Source of the DNA: a virus
Taxonomy: Duplodnaviria; Caudoviricetes
Strand: one strand, 5' to 3'
DNA: 64,000 nt
IMG/VR virus record: IMGVR_UViG_3300021060_000011
Span: 1-64,000 of that record
Shown here: positions 55,164 through 64,000 of the stretch, one piece after another
Numbering within the stretch: position 1 is the stretch's first letter
Layout of the letters: each line of letters starts with the position of its first letter
Translations under genes and position numbers: made by a program
The notes under the pieces: generated by a model
The model's input: only the letters and a program-made list of their open reading frames with translations
Told to the model about the DNA's origin: nothing
Database searches by the model: none

Positions 55164-56264
55164 ATGTCGAAGATCGAATGGACCGAGCGGACCTGGAACC
55201 CCATCGTCGGCTGCTCGGTCGTGAGCCCCGGCTGCACGAATTGCTACGCAATGGCCATGGCCGCGCGGCTCGAGCGCATGGGCCTCGAACGCTACGTCGG
55301 CCTCACGCGGCCGAGCAAGGCCGGGCCGGTGTGGACGGGTGAGACGCGCCTGGTCGAGGACACGCTCACCGAACCCCTGCGTCGGCAGAAGCCGACCATG
55401 TGGTTCGTGAACAGCATGTCGGACCTGTTCCATGAGAGCGTGCCGGACGCGTGGATCGACCGGGTGTTCGCCGTCATGGCGCTGGCGCCGCAGCATACCT
55501 TCCAGGTGCTGACGAAGCGGTCGGCGCGGATGCGGGCGTACATGGATCGGCTCGCATCGCAACGTAAGGGCTTTTCGGGGTTCCCGGCGGAGAAGAACGC
55601 GGCCGCCCGCCTCCACCTGGAGGCTCAGAACCTGAACTGGTTCGTGGATAGCCCGGGCGACGGCGCGTACCTCTTGAGCCGTTGGCCCGGCTGGCCGCTC
55701 CCCAACGTCTGGCTCGGCGTCTCAACCGAGGACCAGCGCCGGGCCGACGAGCGCGTGCCGGACCTGCTGGCGACGCCGGCCGCCGTGCGGTTTGTGTCGG
55801 CCGAGCCGCTGCTGGGGTCGATCGATTTCACCCGTCTGTTTGTCGTGAACGGCAACGGCGGTGCCGGGCGATACAACGCCCTCACCGGGGAGTGGCGGCC
55901 CGGCGACATCGCCGCGATGGCCAACCATGACGGGCCGCGTCTCGACCAAATCATCGTCGGGGGCGAGAGCGGTTCCGGCCCCCGGCCAATGCATCCGGCC
56001 TGGGCGCGCTTGATCCGCGATCAGTGCCAGGGAGCCGAGACCAAGTTCTTCTTCAAGCAGTGGGGCGCGTGGGTGCCGGAGGCGCGAGGCGGGGACTGGA
56101 TGATCCTGTCGGCCGATGGTGATCTGGATATTCCGGATGACCGCTGCCCAGACGAAGAGGCCGGTGAGGTCGCCGTCACACTCATCGGCAAACGCGCCGC
56201 CGGCCGCCTCTTCGACGGCGTCGAGCACAACGGCATGCCGGCCGGCGCGGGAGCTGGGTTATGA
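55164..56264 (+). CDS. phage Gp37/Gp68 (DUF5131) radical-SAM-like protein
   Basis: SKIEWT..TWNP..GCSVVSPGCTNCYA (CX6CX2C), FVNSMSDLFH, LTKR, S.EPLL, GGESG, FFFKQWG. Confidence 0.92.
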   Translation: MSKIEWTERTWNPIVGCSVVSPGCTNCYAMAMAARLERMGLERYVGLTRPSKAGPVWTGETRLVEDTLTEPLRRQKPTMWFVNSMSDLFHESVPDAWIDRVFAVMALAPQHTFQVLTKRSARMRAYMDRLASQRKGFSGFPAEKNAAARLHLEAQNLNWFVDSPGDGAYLLSRWPGWPLPNVWLGVSTEDQRRADERVPDLLATPAAVRFVSAEPLLGSIDFTRLFVVNGNGGAGRYNALTGEWRPGDIAAMANHDGPRLDQIIVGGESGSGPRPMHPAWARLIRDQCQGAETKFFFKQWGAWVPEARGGDWMILSADGDLDIPDDRCPDEEAGEVAVTLIGKRAAGRLFDGVEHNGMPAGAGAGL

Positions 56265-56857
56265 CCGCGTTCCTCCCCGGCTTCGAGAAGACCGCCCGTC
56301 CGGACTGGATCGGCTCTGCCGAGTTCAGCCCGTGCGGCCACCACCGACGGCGCCTGGACCGGTGGTGGAGCGACGAGCCGCGCGCCCTCGTTTGCGGCTG
56401 CAATCCCAGCGACGCAGGCAGCAAGAAGAACGATCCGACCGTCTGGCGACTGTTCGACCTGCTCACCGGCCGGCCGGGCATCGGTGGGTTCACGGTGGTG
56501 AACTGGGAGGACTACGTCGCCCCGCACCCGTCCGATCTCGCGATCTGGCGCAGGGATCTGATCCGCTACTATCCCGAGCGGTACCAGGCGATCCGGGACG
56601 CGAACCTCTCACGCATTCGCTCCATGGCCGAGGCCGCCCCGGTGCGGATCATCGCCTGGGGCAACCTCGTCCCGCCGGACGACGAGCATACCGCCCTCGT
56701 GCTCGACGCCATGTCGCTCGACGGCACGCACGACCTGCATGCGTTCGAGATCACGCCCCAGGACCGGCCGAAGCACCCCGGTGCGCGCGGCCTGCACCGG
56801 ATCGCCAGCGGCTTGCCTCTGCCCGTCTGGCGCCCAGCCCGAAGGATCGCAGCATGA
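56261..56857 (+). CDS. DUF1643 family protein
   Basis: A.FS.CG.HR..L.R.W, NPS.A....NDPT, VVN, AWG, PKHP. Confidence 0.85.
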   Translation: MTAFLPGFEKTARPDWIGSAEFSPCGHHRRRLDRWWSDEPRALVCGCNPSDAGSKKNDPTVWRLFDLLTGRPGIGGFTVVNWEDYVAPHPSDLAIWRRDLIRYYPERYQAIRDANLSRIRSMAEAAPVRIIAWGNLVPPDDEHTALVLDAMSLDGTHDLHAFEITPQDRPKHPGARGLHRIASGLPLPVWRPARRIAA

Positions 56858-57336
56858 ACCGCCGGTTCGCCGCCGAAACGTCGGTCTTGATGGACCGCAG
56901 CATCGCGGAGATCCGCACCACGGTCCGGCGCTACGGCGCCACCGAGTTCGCCCACATGGAGAGCGATGCTCAGGCGGCGATCACCTTCACGATGCGGGGC
57001 CGGCGGGTGCTGTTCCGGCTGGCTATGCCGGATCGGAAGGCCCGCGAGTTCACGCACACCGATGCGATGAACAAGCGCCGCACCCCGGCGGCGGCTGAAA
57101 CCGCATGGGAGCAAGCTTGCCGCTCCCGCTGGCGCGCCCTCGCTCTGGTCATCAAGGCGAAGCTCGAAGCCGTCGAGGTCGGCATCGTCGTGTTCGAGGA
57201 CGAGTTCCTGGCGAACACCGTGCCCCCCGGCGCCAGCGCCACCTACGGCGAGGCCGTGCGCGAGAGCATGGCCCTGGCCCACGAGAAGCAGTCCCTCACC
57301 CCCTTGCTCCCCTACATCTCCGGAGACGGCCGATGA
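56854..57336 (+). CDS. conserved phage hypothetical protein
   Basis: T.V...RS..EI...V.RYGA; WRAL.LVIKAKLEAVE.GI..FE.EFL. Confidence 0.75.
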   Translation: MNRRFAAETSVLMDRSIAEIRTTVRRYGATEFAHMESDAQAAITFTMRGRRVLFRLAMPDRKAREFTHTDAMNKRRTPAAAETAWEQACRSRWRALALVIKAKLEAVEVGIVVFEDEFLANTVPPGASATYGEAVRESMALAHEKQSLTPLLPYISGDGR

Positions 57337-58073
57337 ACGATCCCCTGCGCCTGCCCTGCCCGACCTGCTCCGGCACCCGGAGCACCACGACCGGCGATCG
57401 GCACGCCGACACGAACATGGACGTCTGCGCGACGTGCCATGACGAGGGCTGGATCCCGGCGCGGACGGGCGAAAGCCCGGAGGCCTCGTTCCAGCACAGC
57501 CCCACCGTCCGCAGGATCATCGGGCCTACCATCCTCCTTGCGAGCGGCAATTACTTCGACCTGCTGGCGCCGGAGCACAGCACGTTCACGATCGAGGATG
57601 TCGCCCACGGGCTCTCCAACACCTGCCGTTTCGCAGGCCAGTGCATCCGCTTCTACAGCGTCGCCCAGCACAGCGTGATCGTCTCGCAGCATGTCCCGCC
57701 CGAGTTCGCTTTCGCCGGACTGATGCACGATGCGGCGGAAGCCTTCATCGGCGACATCACCAAGCCCCTGAAGGACATCCTTCCTGACTATCGAGCCTTG
57801 GAAAAACGCATCGAAGCGGCTGTGCTGCAGCGCTTCGGCTTGCCGGCCGTCATGCCGCCTGAGGTCAAGGAAATCGACGTCGTGATGCTGGCAACCGAGC
57901 AGGCGCAGCTCATGCGGAATCGTGATGATTGGAACTACACCCGAGGCCGCACACCCATTCCGATCGAGATCCCCGCTATGGGGCCCGAGGCTGCCAAGGC
58001 CGCGTTCCTGGCGCGGTACGCTGAAGTGCGGGCCCAGGGCACGGGCATCTCCCTCGCCGGAAAGGCTGCGTGA
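57333..58073 (+). CDS. HD-domain 5'-deoxynucleotidase (YfbR/YfdR-like) with N-terminal zinc finger
   Basis: IEDVAH.LS..CRF.G....YSVAQHS, LMHDAAEAFIGD...PLK; CPTC...CATC. Confidence 0.88.
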   Translation: MNDPLRLPCPTCSGTRSTTTGDRHADTNMDVCATCHDEGWIPARTGESPEASFQHSPTVRRIIGPTILLASGNYFDLLAPEHSTFTIEDVAHGLSNTCRFAGQCIRFYSVAQHSVIVSQHVPPEFAFAGLMHDAAEAFIGDITKPLKDILPDYRALEKRIEAAVLQRFGLPAVMPPEVKEIDVVMLATEQAQLMRNRDDWNYTRGRTPIPIEIPAMGPEAAKAAFLARYAEVRAQGTGISLAGKAA

Positions 58074-58492
58074 TGGTCGAGGCACCCTTCAAGCTGAACC
58101 TCGTCAAGAACGAGCCCGTGATCCGGGATGACCGGTGGGAGATCTCGATCACGAACCTCGGGGACTTCGGTTTCGACGGTAAGCTCTGTGTCCGACACCG
58201 TCAGCTCGGCACATGGGACGAATGGCCGGACAGCGAGGCGGATGCGCCATCAGCGATCACCGCGCGCGCGTACGACCTCGAGCACGAGGTGACGTTCCCC
58301 TCCCTTGGCAAAGCCATGAGGGCGGCGATGTCCTTCCTCCGAAGGTTCGGCTCGGGCGAGGTCGAGTGGCTGGAATGGGACGTCGATGGGCAGCGCCACG
58401 TCGTCGTCCAGCACACGCAGCGTGGCACAGGCGAGCTGTCGGGCTGGAAGTATCAGCCTGACCCGGTGGCCGCCCTCGCAGCGCCAGCTTGA
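58070..58492 (+). CDS. hypothetical protein
   Basis: coupled ORF. Confidence 0.6.
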   Translation: MMVEAPFKLNLVKNEPVIRDDRWEISITNLGDFGFDGKLCVRHRQLGTWDEWPDSEADAPSAITARAYDLEHEVTFPSLGKAMRAAMSFLRRFGSGEVEWLEWDVDGQRHVVVQHTQRGTGELSGWKYQPDPVAALAAPA

Positions 58493-58548
58493 CAGGACGG
58501 ACGGGTCCGTCCCCGTTTGCCTTCCCTGCATCACTCTGGAGCGTGTCC

Positions 58549-58776
58549 GTGGCTGACGACAATGAGCGATTCGATTGGAGCAGCGATAATATCGTGGTCC
58601 CGGAGCAGAAGCCGATAGCTGTCTACTGGAACCCGCTGGGGGCCTTAGTCATCCGGCAGCAGGCAGGAATGTATGAGACCGAAGATCCCTTCGTCGTCAT
58701 CCAGCCGGGCCACATCCCGGCTCTCATGAGCCGCATCGAGCAGCTGCTCAGCGAGGGGCCTTCCACTGAAGAGTGA
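58549..58776 (+). CDS. hypothetical protein
   Basis: Q..IAVY.N..G..VIRQ motif; SD GGAG. Confidence 0.6.
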   Translation: MADDNERFDWSSDNIVVPEQKPIAVYWNPLGALVIRQQAGMYETEDPFVVIQPGHIPALMSRIEQLLSEGPSTEE

Positions 58777-59017
58777 GCCCCTGCCGACGCGCATTTCGTG
58801 CTGCGTCCCGTTCTGCCAGCGCACCCGGCGGAACGACATCGGCTTCGAGGAATGGATCTGCGGCGATCACTGGCGCGCCGTGCCAGCCCCAATGCGACGG
58901 GTGTACAGCCGAGCCCTTCGCCGGTATCGGCGCGGGGTCGGCTGCTACGGCGCACGCGAAAGCCGGTTGTGGCGGCGCCTCCGCCGGGCGGCCGTTGAGG
59001 CGGCCGCCGGCCTGTAG
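58766..59017 (+). CDS. zinc-finger hypothetical protein, probable CTG start
   Basis: RISCCVPFC.RT...EWIC.DHW; GAGGGG SD 7 nt before CTG; missed by ORF track. Confidence 0.55.
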   Translation: MKSEPLPTRISCCVPFCQRTRRNDIGFEEWICGDHWRAVPAPMRRVYSRALRRYRRGVGCYGARESRLWRRLRRAAVEAAAGL

Positions 59018-59187
59018 GGCCCGCCAAACGCCGATCCGCGTCGGTAGTTCCTCCACACCGGAGTCCGCCTGGTCGCTTGCAACCGGCTCGCGCAGGACTC
59101 GACTCTCGTTACCGAATCATTGCACGTGGTGAAGCTTCGCGTTTATAGCGTCAATCGACGTTAAAAACGGAAGCGAGGGTTCGGAAC

Positions 59188-60408
59188 GTGGACGCGCAAA
59201 CCATGCTGCAACGACCGATCCACGTGGGCGGGGCGACAAGCGGCGAAGTCATCGACGAGTACGCCTCGATCCTGCGCGAGAAGCTCCGGACGCTGTCCGA
59301 GGCCCTGTTCAGTCCCGATTCCGTGAAGACGCTCCGCCGGTTCACCTCGGGGGAGGCGGCCAAGATCATCGGAGTGACCGACAACCGCCTGCGCCAGCTC
59401 TCGCTAGCCGGCGATGGTCCCCTCCCCGAGGTCTCGCCCACCGGCCGCCGGTCGTACACCCTCGCCGACATCCACGGACTGCGCGCGCACATGACCGCGA
59501 TCTCTCGGACAGGGCGCGCCTACAAGCCCTGGCGCGCCGAGGGGGAGCACCTCCAGGTCGTCTCCGTGGTGAACTTCAAGGGCGGCTCCGGCAAGACGAC
59601 CACGGCCGCCCACCTAGCGCAATCCCTGGTGCTGCGCGGCTACCGGGTTCTGGCCATCGACCTCGACCCCCAGGCCAGTCTCTCGGTCCTGCACGGCGTG
59701 CAGCCGGAGATCGAGGTGGGGCCCAACGAGACGCTCTATGGCGCCCTGCGGTACGGGCCCGAGCGGCGACCGATCGCCGAGATCATCCGGCCCACCTACT
59801 TCACCGGCCTCGACTTGATCCCGGCCAACCTCGAGCTGATGGAGTTCGAGCACGAGACGCCGAAGGCGCTCAACCGCCGGGACGACCGAGACCAGCTCTT
59901 CTTCGAGCGCCTGAGCCACGCGCTCCAGACCGTCGAGGACCGCTACGACGTCGTCGTGATCGACTGCCCGCCGCAGCTCGGCTTTCTGACCCTGGCTGCC
60001 CTCTACGCCGCCACGTCGCTGCTCATCACCGTCCACCCGCAGATGCTCGACATCGCCTCGATGTCCCAGTTCCTGACGATGACGGGCGACCTCCTTTCGG
60101 TGGTGCGCGAGGCCGGCGGCGAGATCCAGTTCGATGCAGTTCGCTTCCTCGTCACCCGGTACGAGCCGCAGGACACGCCGCAGACCCGCGTCGTCACCCT
60201 CCTCCGCCACCTGTTCGGCGAAGCGGTGCTGAACGCCACGATGCTGAAGTCCTCGGCGGTGTCGGATGCCGGCTTGTCGAAGCAGACGCTCTACGAGATC
60301 GGACGGGAGACCATGACCCGCTCGACCTACGATCGCGCGGTCGAATCGCTGGAGGCAGTCAACGGCGAGATCGAGGGCATGATCCGGCACGCGTGGGGCC
60401 GGGCATGA
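59188..60408 (+). CDS. repA: plasmid partitioning ATPase RepA (ParA family)
   Basis: N-terminal HTH, NFKGGSGKTTT, DLDPQAS, DCPPQLG.LT, HPQMLD..SM.QFL, S.A.SDAG..KQTLYE. Confidence 0.96.
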   Translation: MDAQTMLQRPIHVGGATSGEVIDEYASILREKLRTLSEALFSPDSVKTLRRFTSGEAAKIIGVTDNRLRQLSLAGDGPLPEVSPTGRRSYTLADIHGLRAHMTAISRTGRAYKPWRAEGEHLQVVSVVNFKGGSGKTTTAAHLAQSLVLRGYRVLAIDLDPQASLSVLHGVQPEIEVGPNETLYGALRYGPERRPIAEIIRPTYFTGLDLIPANLELMEFEHETPKALNRRDDRDQLFFERLSHALQTVEDRYDVVVIDCPPQLGFLTLAALYAATSLLITVHPQMLDIASMSQFLTMTGDLLSVVREAGGEIQFDAVRFLVTRYEPQDTPQTRVVTLLRHLFGEAVLNATMLKSSAVSDAGLSKQTLYEIGRETMTRSTYDRAVESLEAVNGEIEGMIRHAWGRA

Positions 60409-61439
60409 GCCGCAAGACCTCCCTCGACGCGCTGTTTGGCGGTAAGCCGCCGGAGCGATTGTCAGCTGACAATCCGCCCGCGCCGCCCCCGCCGGAGTTG
60501 TCAGCTGACAATCCGCCGGTCCCTCCCCCGGCCCTCGGCCCCGTGCGTGCGCGCAGCGGGGCCGTTCGTGCGATGGGCGCGACACTCGACGACCTGAAGG
60601 CCCGGGCTCGCTCAGCCGAGAACGTCGAGACCGGCTCCGTCGTCGCCGAGTTAGATACCGCGCAAATCGACGGCTCGTTCGTGGCGGACCGCGTGTCCGA
60701 CGCGACGGACCCTGCCATGGCCGGCCTCGTCGAGAGCATGCGCAGCGGGCAGCAAGTCCCGATCCTGGTGCGGCCGCATCCGGAGTCGCCGGGCCGGTAC
60801 CAGATCGCCTACGGGCATCGCCGCGTCCGGGCGGCGGCGGAGCTGGGCACCAAGGTCCGCGCGGTCATCCGGCCGCTTACGGACGACGAGCTGGTCGTGG
60901 CCCAGGGCAAGGAGAACCTGGACCGACGCGACCTCAGTTACATCGAGCGGGCCTTCTTCGCCCTGCGGCTGGAGATGCGGTCGTTCCCCCGCGAGGTGAT
61001 CTGCGCGGCCATGGCGACCGATCTGCCCAACGTGTCCCGGTTCATCACCGTCGCGCGGACCATCCCCGAGGACATCGTCGCGGCCATCGGGCCGGCGCCG
61101 AAGGCGGGGCGGCCGCGCTGGATGGATCTGGCCGAGCGCGTCCAGTCCAAGGGGCGGGCGGCGATCGACCGGCTGATGGGCGACGAGGCGTTTCAGGCCA
61201 TGTCCACGGACGAGCGCTTCGCTGCCGTCCTGGCGGCGGTCAGCGCCAAGCCGACGGGCAAGCGCAAGGCGAAGCCTAAGGACTGGCTCGACGGGGAGGG
61301 GCGGGCCGTCGCGCGCATCGAGCGCGCCGACAACCGGTTCGTCCTGACGATCAATGAGGAATTAGAACCAGAGCTCGGGGACCACCTCATGAGCCGGTTC
61401 GCAGAGATCCTTGCCGAGCATCGCGCTCGCAAGGCGTAA
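60405..61439 (+). CDS. repB: plasmid partitioning protein RepB (ParB family)
   Basis: GQQVPILVRPHP, YGHRR, AQG.EN..R.DLSYIERA, IGPAPKAGRPRW. Confidence 0.95.
   Translation: MSRKTSLDALFGGKPPERLSADNPPAPPPPELSADNPPVPPPALGPVRARSGAVRAMGATLDDLKARARSAENVETGSVVAELDTAQIDGSFVADRVSDATDPAMAGLVESMRSGQQVPILVRPHPESPGRYQIAYGHRRVRAAAELGTKVRAVIRPLTDDELVVAQGKENLDRRDLSYIERAFFALRLEMRSFPREVICAAMATDLPNVSRFITVARTIPEDIVAAIGPAPKAGRPRWMDLAERVQSKGRAAIDRLMGDEAFQAMSTDERFAAVLAAVSAKPTGKRKAKPKDWLDGEGRAVARIERADNRFVLTINEELEPELGDHLMSRFAEILAEHRARKA
60457..60512. promoter_or_regulatory. two parS palindromes
   Basis: TTGTCAGCTGACAA at 60459-60472 and 60498-60511; near match to repABC parS consensus GTTNNCNGCNGNNAAC. Confidence 0.85.
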
Positions 61440-61476
61440 CCCCGCCCGCAACCCCGAATAGAGGACGACGCACCGC

Positions 61477-61531
61477 AAAAGAAAAAGGCCCCCAAGACGT
61501 TTCCGTCCCGGAAGCCTTCTCCGTCTTCAGC
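61477..61531 (-). ncRNA. repABC counter-transcribed RNA (ctRNA)
   Basis: minus promoter TTGACG-N17-GATTCT (61566-61538); ends GGGGGCCTTTTTCTTTT; repB-repC intergenic. Confidence 0.85.
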
Positions 61532-61623
61532 AAACAGAGAATCCCACTTCCGACAGCTCCCGTCAAGAGTCAGGACGCCGTTTTGGCGAACGCCTTCGGC
61601 TTGCCCGGTGCCCGACACCGACG

Positions 61624-62823
61624 ATGAACCTGCACATCACGACGCCCTTCGGGCGGCGTTCGCTGACGGCTGCGCAGATCGATGCGCAGGCGAACGCGGC
61701 CGCATGCCCGCGCGATGCCACGGTCGACAAATGGGCCGTCTTCCGACACATCGCCCAGGCGAAAGACTGGCTCGGCGTATCCGACCGCTCGCTGTCCGTG
61801 TTGAACGCGCTCCTCAGCTTCCATCCCGAGACGGCCCTGATGCCGGGAGAGGGCGCTGGCCTTGTCGTCTTCCCCTCGAACACGCAGCTCGCTTTGCGCG
61901 CGCATGGAATGGCAGGGCCGACCCTGCGTCGGCACCTTGCCGCGCTGGTCGAGGCCGGGCTGATCATCCGGCGGGATAGCCCGAACGGCAAACGCTACGC
62001 CCGGAAAGGGCAGGGCGGGGTGGTCGCGCAGGCCTTCGGCTTCGACCTCATCCCGATCGTGGCGCGCGCAGCCGAGTTCGAGGCCCAGGCCGAGCGGATC
62101 CAGGCTGAGCGACGCACGCTGCACCTCGCCCGCGAGGCTGTGACGATCCTGCGCCGTGACGCGGCGAAACTCATCCTCGCCGGGATCGAGTCCGGGATCG
62201 CGGCAGATTGGACCGGCTATCGCGCCCGCTACGAGGCGATCCTGGGCGGGCTGACGCGCGCGCCTCGCCTCCTGGAGCTGGAGAGCATCCGCACCGCCCT
62301 GACGGCCCTGGTGGCCGATGTGAGCAAGTCCCTGACAGTTCGGCACGAAACACGAGAATCGAACGCCAGTGCTGATCGTAGTGAGCAGCACAGTCAGAGT
62401 TCAAAACCAGAGGCCTTAGATTCTGGAATGGCTATCGGGGATAGAGAAGAAGCCGGGGGCAGGGCACGTCCGGAAGGGGGGAGCGGGACGGCGACGACCT
62501 ACCCACTCGGGATGGTGCTGAACGCCTGCCCCGACATCGTCGACTACGCCCGCAACGGCATCCGTTCGTGGCGGGACCTTGCCGACGTCGCGGACCTTGT
62601 CCGGGGCATGATGGGCATCAGTCCGAGCGCCTGGCGCGACGCCCAGGACGTCATGGGGCCTGATGCAGCAGCGGCGACGATGGCGGCCATCCTGCAGCGG
62701 GCCGAACACATCAAGAGCCCTGGGGGCTACCTGCGCACGCTGGTGGAGCGGAAGAGGGCAGGGCGGTACAGTCTGGGTCCGGTGCTTCTGGCCCTTACTC
62801 GAGCGCGTGCAGCGGCAGCCTGA
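61624..62823 (+). CDS. repC: replication initiator RepC
   Basis: TTPFGRR, L.ALLSFHP, VFPSN.QL..RAHGM...TLRRHLA.LV..GLIIRRDSPNGKRYARK, ACPDI..Y, I.SPGGYLR.L; AT-richer ori-like patch ~62335-62450 with GANTC sites. Confidence 0.96.
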   Translation: MNLHITTPFGRRSLTAAQIDAQANAAACPRDATVDKWAVFRHIAQAKDWLGVSDRSLSVLNALLSFHPETALMPGEGAGLVVFPSNTQLALRAHGMAGPTLRRHLAALVEAGLIIRRDSPNGKRYARKGQGGVVAQAFGFDLIPIVARAAEFEAQAERIQAERRTLHLAREAVTILRRDAAKLILAGIESGIAADWTGYRARYEAILGGLTRAPRLLELESIRTALTALVADVSKSLTVRHETRESNASADRSEQHSQSSKPEALDSGMAIGDREEAGGRARPEGGSGTATTYPLGMVLNACPDIVDYARNGIRSWRDLADVADLVRGMMGISPSAWRDAQDVMGPDAAAATMAAILQRAEHIKSPGGYLRTLVERKRAGRYSLGPVLLALTRARAAAA

Positions 62824-62942
62824 GGGCCCGGGCCCAGCGCGCCGCAGATGTGGTGTGGAATGGGGGCTGAGGCTTCGCTGCGATGCAAATCTGCTTAGCC
62901 GCAGGGCGGAGGAGAGACCCGCCAAACTGAGGAGGGAAGGCG

Positions 62943-63419
62943 ATGCAGACCTTTGCGGAAATTTGGGAGCGGGACGGTCGGTGGCTGTTAGGCCCCGGCT
63001 TGCTCGGCGACGTGATCGAGCACCTTCGCGGGCGAGCCCCGATTGTCGTGGCGAGCGAGCAGGACCCCTCAACCGCGAACATGACGCTCCCCCTGCCCAA
63101 CGTGCGGGACGAAGCGAGCGGGGACCCGCGGAGCATCTATTTCGCGGTCCCGCCCGAGCTGAGAGACCTCTTTGCGGAGCGGTGCAGCCTCATCGTTCGC
63201 GACTGGTACGGACCCGAGGTGGATCGCGCGCTCGGGCAGTACGTCGGCAGGCATCAGATGAGACAACACACGCTCGACAGGATCAACGGCGAACTGCGGA
63301 ACATCGAGCGAGCCCGCGAGGCACGGGGCGAGGACGCCGAGCTTTGGCAGCTTGCCGCCACCCGTTTCGGTTTCAGCCGTTGGGCGCTGCCGAAGCCGGC
63401 CGGCTTGGCCGCCGAGTAG
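62943..63419 (+). CDS. hypothetical protein
   Basis: SD GAGGAGG. Confidence 0.6.
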   Translation: MQTFAEIWERDGRWLLGPGLLGDVIEHLRGRAPIVVASEQDPSTANMTLPLPNVRDEASGDPRSIYFAVPPELRDLFAERCSLIVRDWYGPEVDRALGQYVGRHQMRQHTLDRINGELRNIERAREARGEDAELWQLAATRFGFSRWALPKPAGLAAE

Positions 63420-63445
63420 GGCGGAGGGGAAAGGAGCCGAACCAA

Positions 63446-63715
63446 ATGAGCAGATACACGTTCGCCGGCGCCACGCTCAGCATCGCAGGGCAGGCGGTCA
63501 CAGTCCGGGGCTTCCTCGTGGAGCCGCTTCCCGATCTGGCAACGGCATCGCTTGCCGAGCTGCGCGAGGCGGAATGGTCGGGCCGTGAGCCGTGCAAGGC
63601 TACGGATGGGGCATGGCACGTCTGCCAATGCTGCGGCGCGGCCAAGATCGACGGCGAGGGCCACAAGCCCGGTTGTGCGATGGCAGCGGCCATCCTGGCG
63701 CGGATACCGGAATAG
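63446..63715 (+). CDS. phage-type zinc-binding protein
   Basis: EWSG...CQCCG......GH.PGC motif; SD AAGGAG. Confidence 0.6.
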   Translation: MSRYTFAGATLSIAGQAVTVRGFLVEPLPDLATASLAELREAEWSGREPCKATDGAWHVCQCCGAAKIDGEGHKPGCAMAAAILARIPE

Positions 63716-63777
63716 GGCGGAGGCGACCTCCGCCACGCTGAGCTTGGCGCTGCCGGCCCCTGCCCTATCTGGCTGGC

Positions 63778-64000
63778 ATGGCCAACGCACCTCAGACCAC
63801 CGGCGAGCTGTTCAAGGCGAAGGCCGTGACCGACGTAGATATCGCGGCCGCGGTGGACGCCTTCATCGCCGATCCGAGCACCTCGGCGTTCCTGTTCGGC
63901 GAGGGCTATCGGATCGACCTCGCCGAGGCTGTGCGCGCGCACGAGTGGGCCTCGGTGACGACCGCCAACAAGGATGCGACGGACCACCTGAAGCGCGCCG
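63778..64000 (+). CDS. hypothetical protein (truncated by window end)
   Basis: open frame MANAPQTTGELF... to window end. Confidence 0.55.
   Translation, partial: MANAPQTTGELFKAKAVTDVDIAAAVDAFIADPSTSAFLFGEGYRIDLAEAVRAHEWASVTTANKDATDHLKRA

Larger units (their letters stand above)
116..64000. mobile_element. Temperate prophage (P22-like podoviral morphogenesis, lambdoid regulation) carrying a repABC replicon; right end outside window
   Basis: Complete head, tail, lysis, cI/cro, replication and recombination modules start right after a tRNA 3' end; AT-richer att-like stretch 116-205; no integrase or attR seen. Confidence 0.9.

Noticed and set aside
62903-63723. AGGGCGGAGG repeated three times at gene boundaries (62903, 63418, 63714)
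   Set aside because: Short, purine-rich and SD-like; not distinguishable from chance or RBS bias

Overview
The window is almost entirely one temperate prophage of a high-GC alphaproteobacterium. A Hyphomicrobiales host, probably Methylobacterium-like, is inferred from repABC, GapR and a GAAC-N7-GAAC LexA box. The prophage begins directly after a chromosomal-type tRNA-Ser(CGA) (26-115), the probable attL. No integrase or attR lies inside the window. Layout: (i) 215-7687, + strand, a coupled array of small accessory genes with a second XRE switch. (ii) 8005-35149, - strand, the late operon of a P22-like podovirus: TerS/TerL, portal, scaffold, capsid, gp4/gp10-like tail machine, three ejection proteins, fibre, SPRY and tailspike proteins, GH19 endolysin and holin, with + strand morons. 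(iii) 35875-44865, - strand, early-right genes: Cro, GapR, a DnaA_C-domain protein, dCTP deaminase, RusA, a C5-MTase, a DUF1376 initiator and a Q-like regulator. (iv) cI with four clear operators. (v) 46108-64000, + strand, early-left operon: Gp157, Bet/RecT, NinB, a SpoU methylase, a Gp37Gp68 radical SAM, DUF1643 and an HD nucleotidase. This operon runs into a complete repABC replicon with parS sites and a ctRNA. The most notable observations are: an apparently tRNA-integrated phage carrying an intact repABC plasmid replicon; three candidate structured non-coding RNAs (a ~690-nt late-leader RNA with a duplicated domain, a tRNA-like RNA with two T-loops, and a ~280-nt promoter-to-terminator RNA); three covarying hairpins with an identical loop before the scaffold gene; a two-subunit C5 methyltransferase encoded in overlapping frames; and repeated SD-sequestering junction motifs between accessory genes. 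All calls come from motif reading by eye; no searches or folding programs were run.
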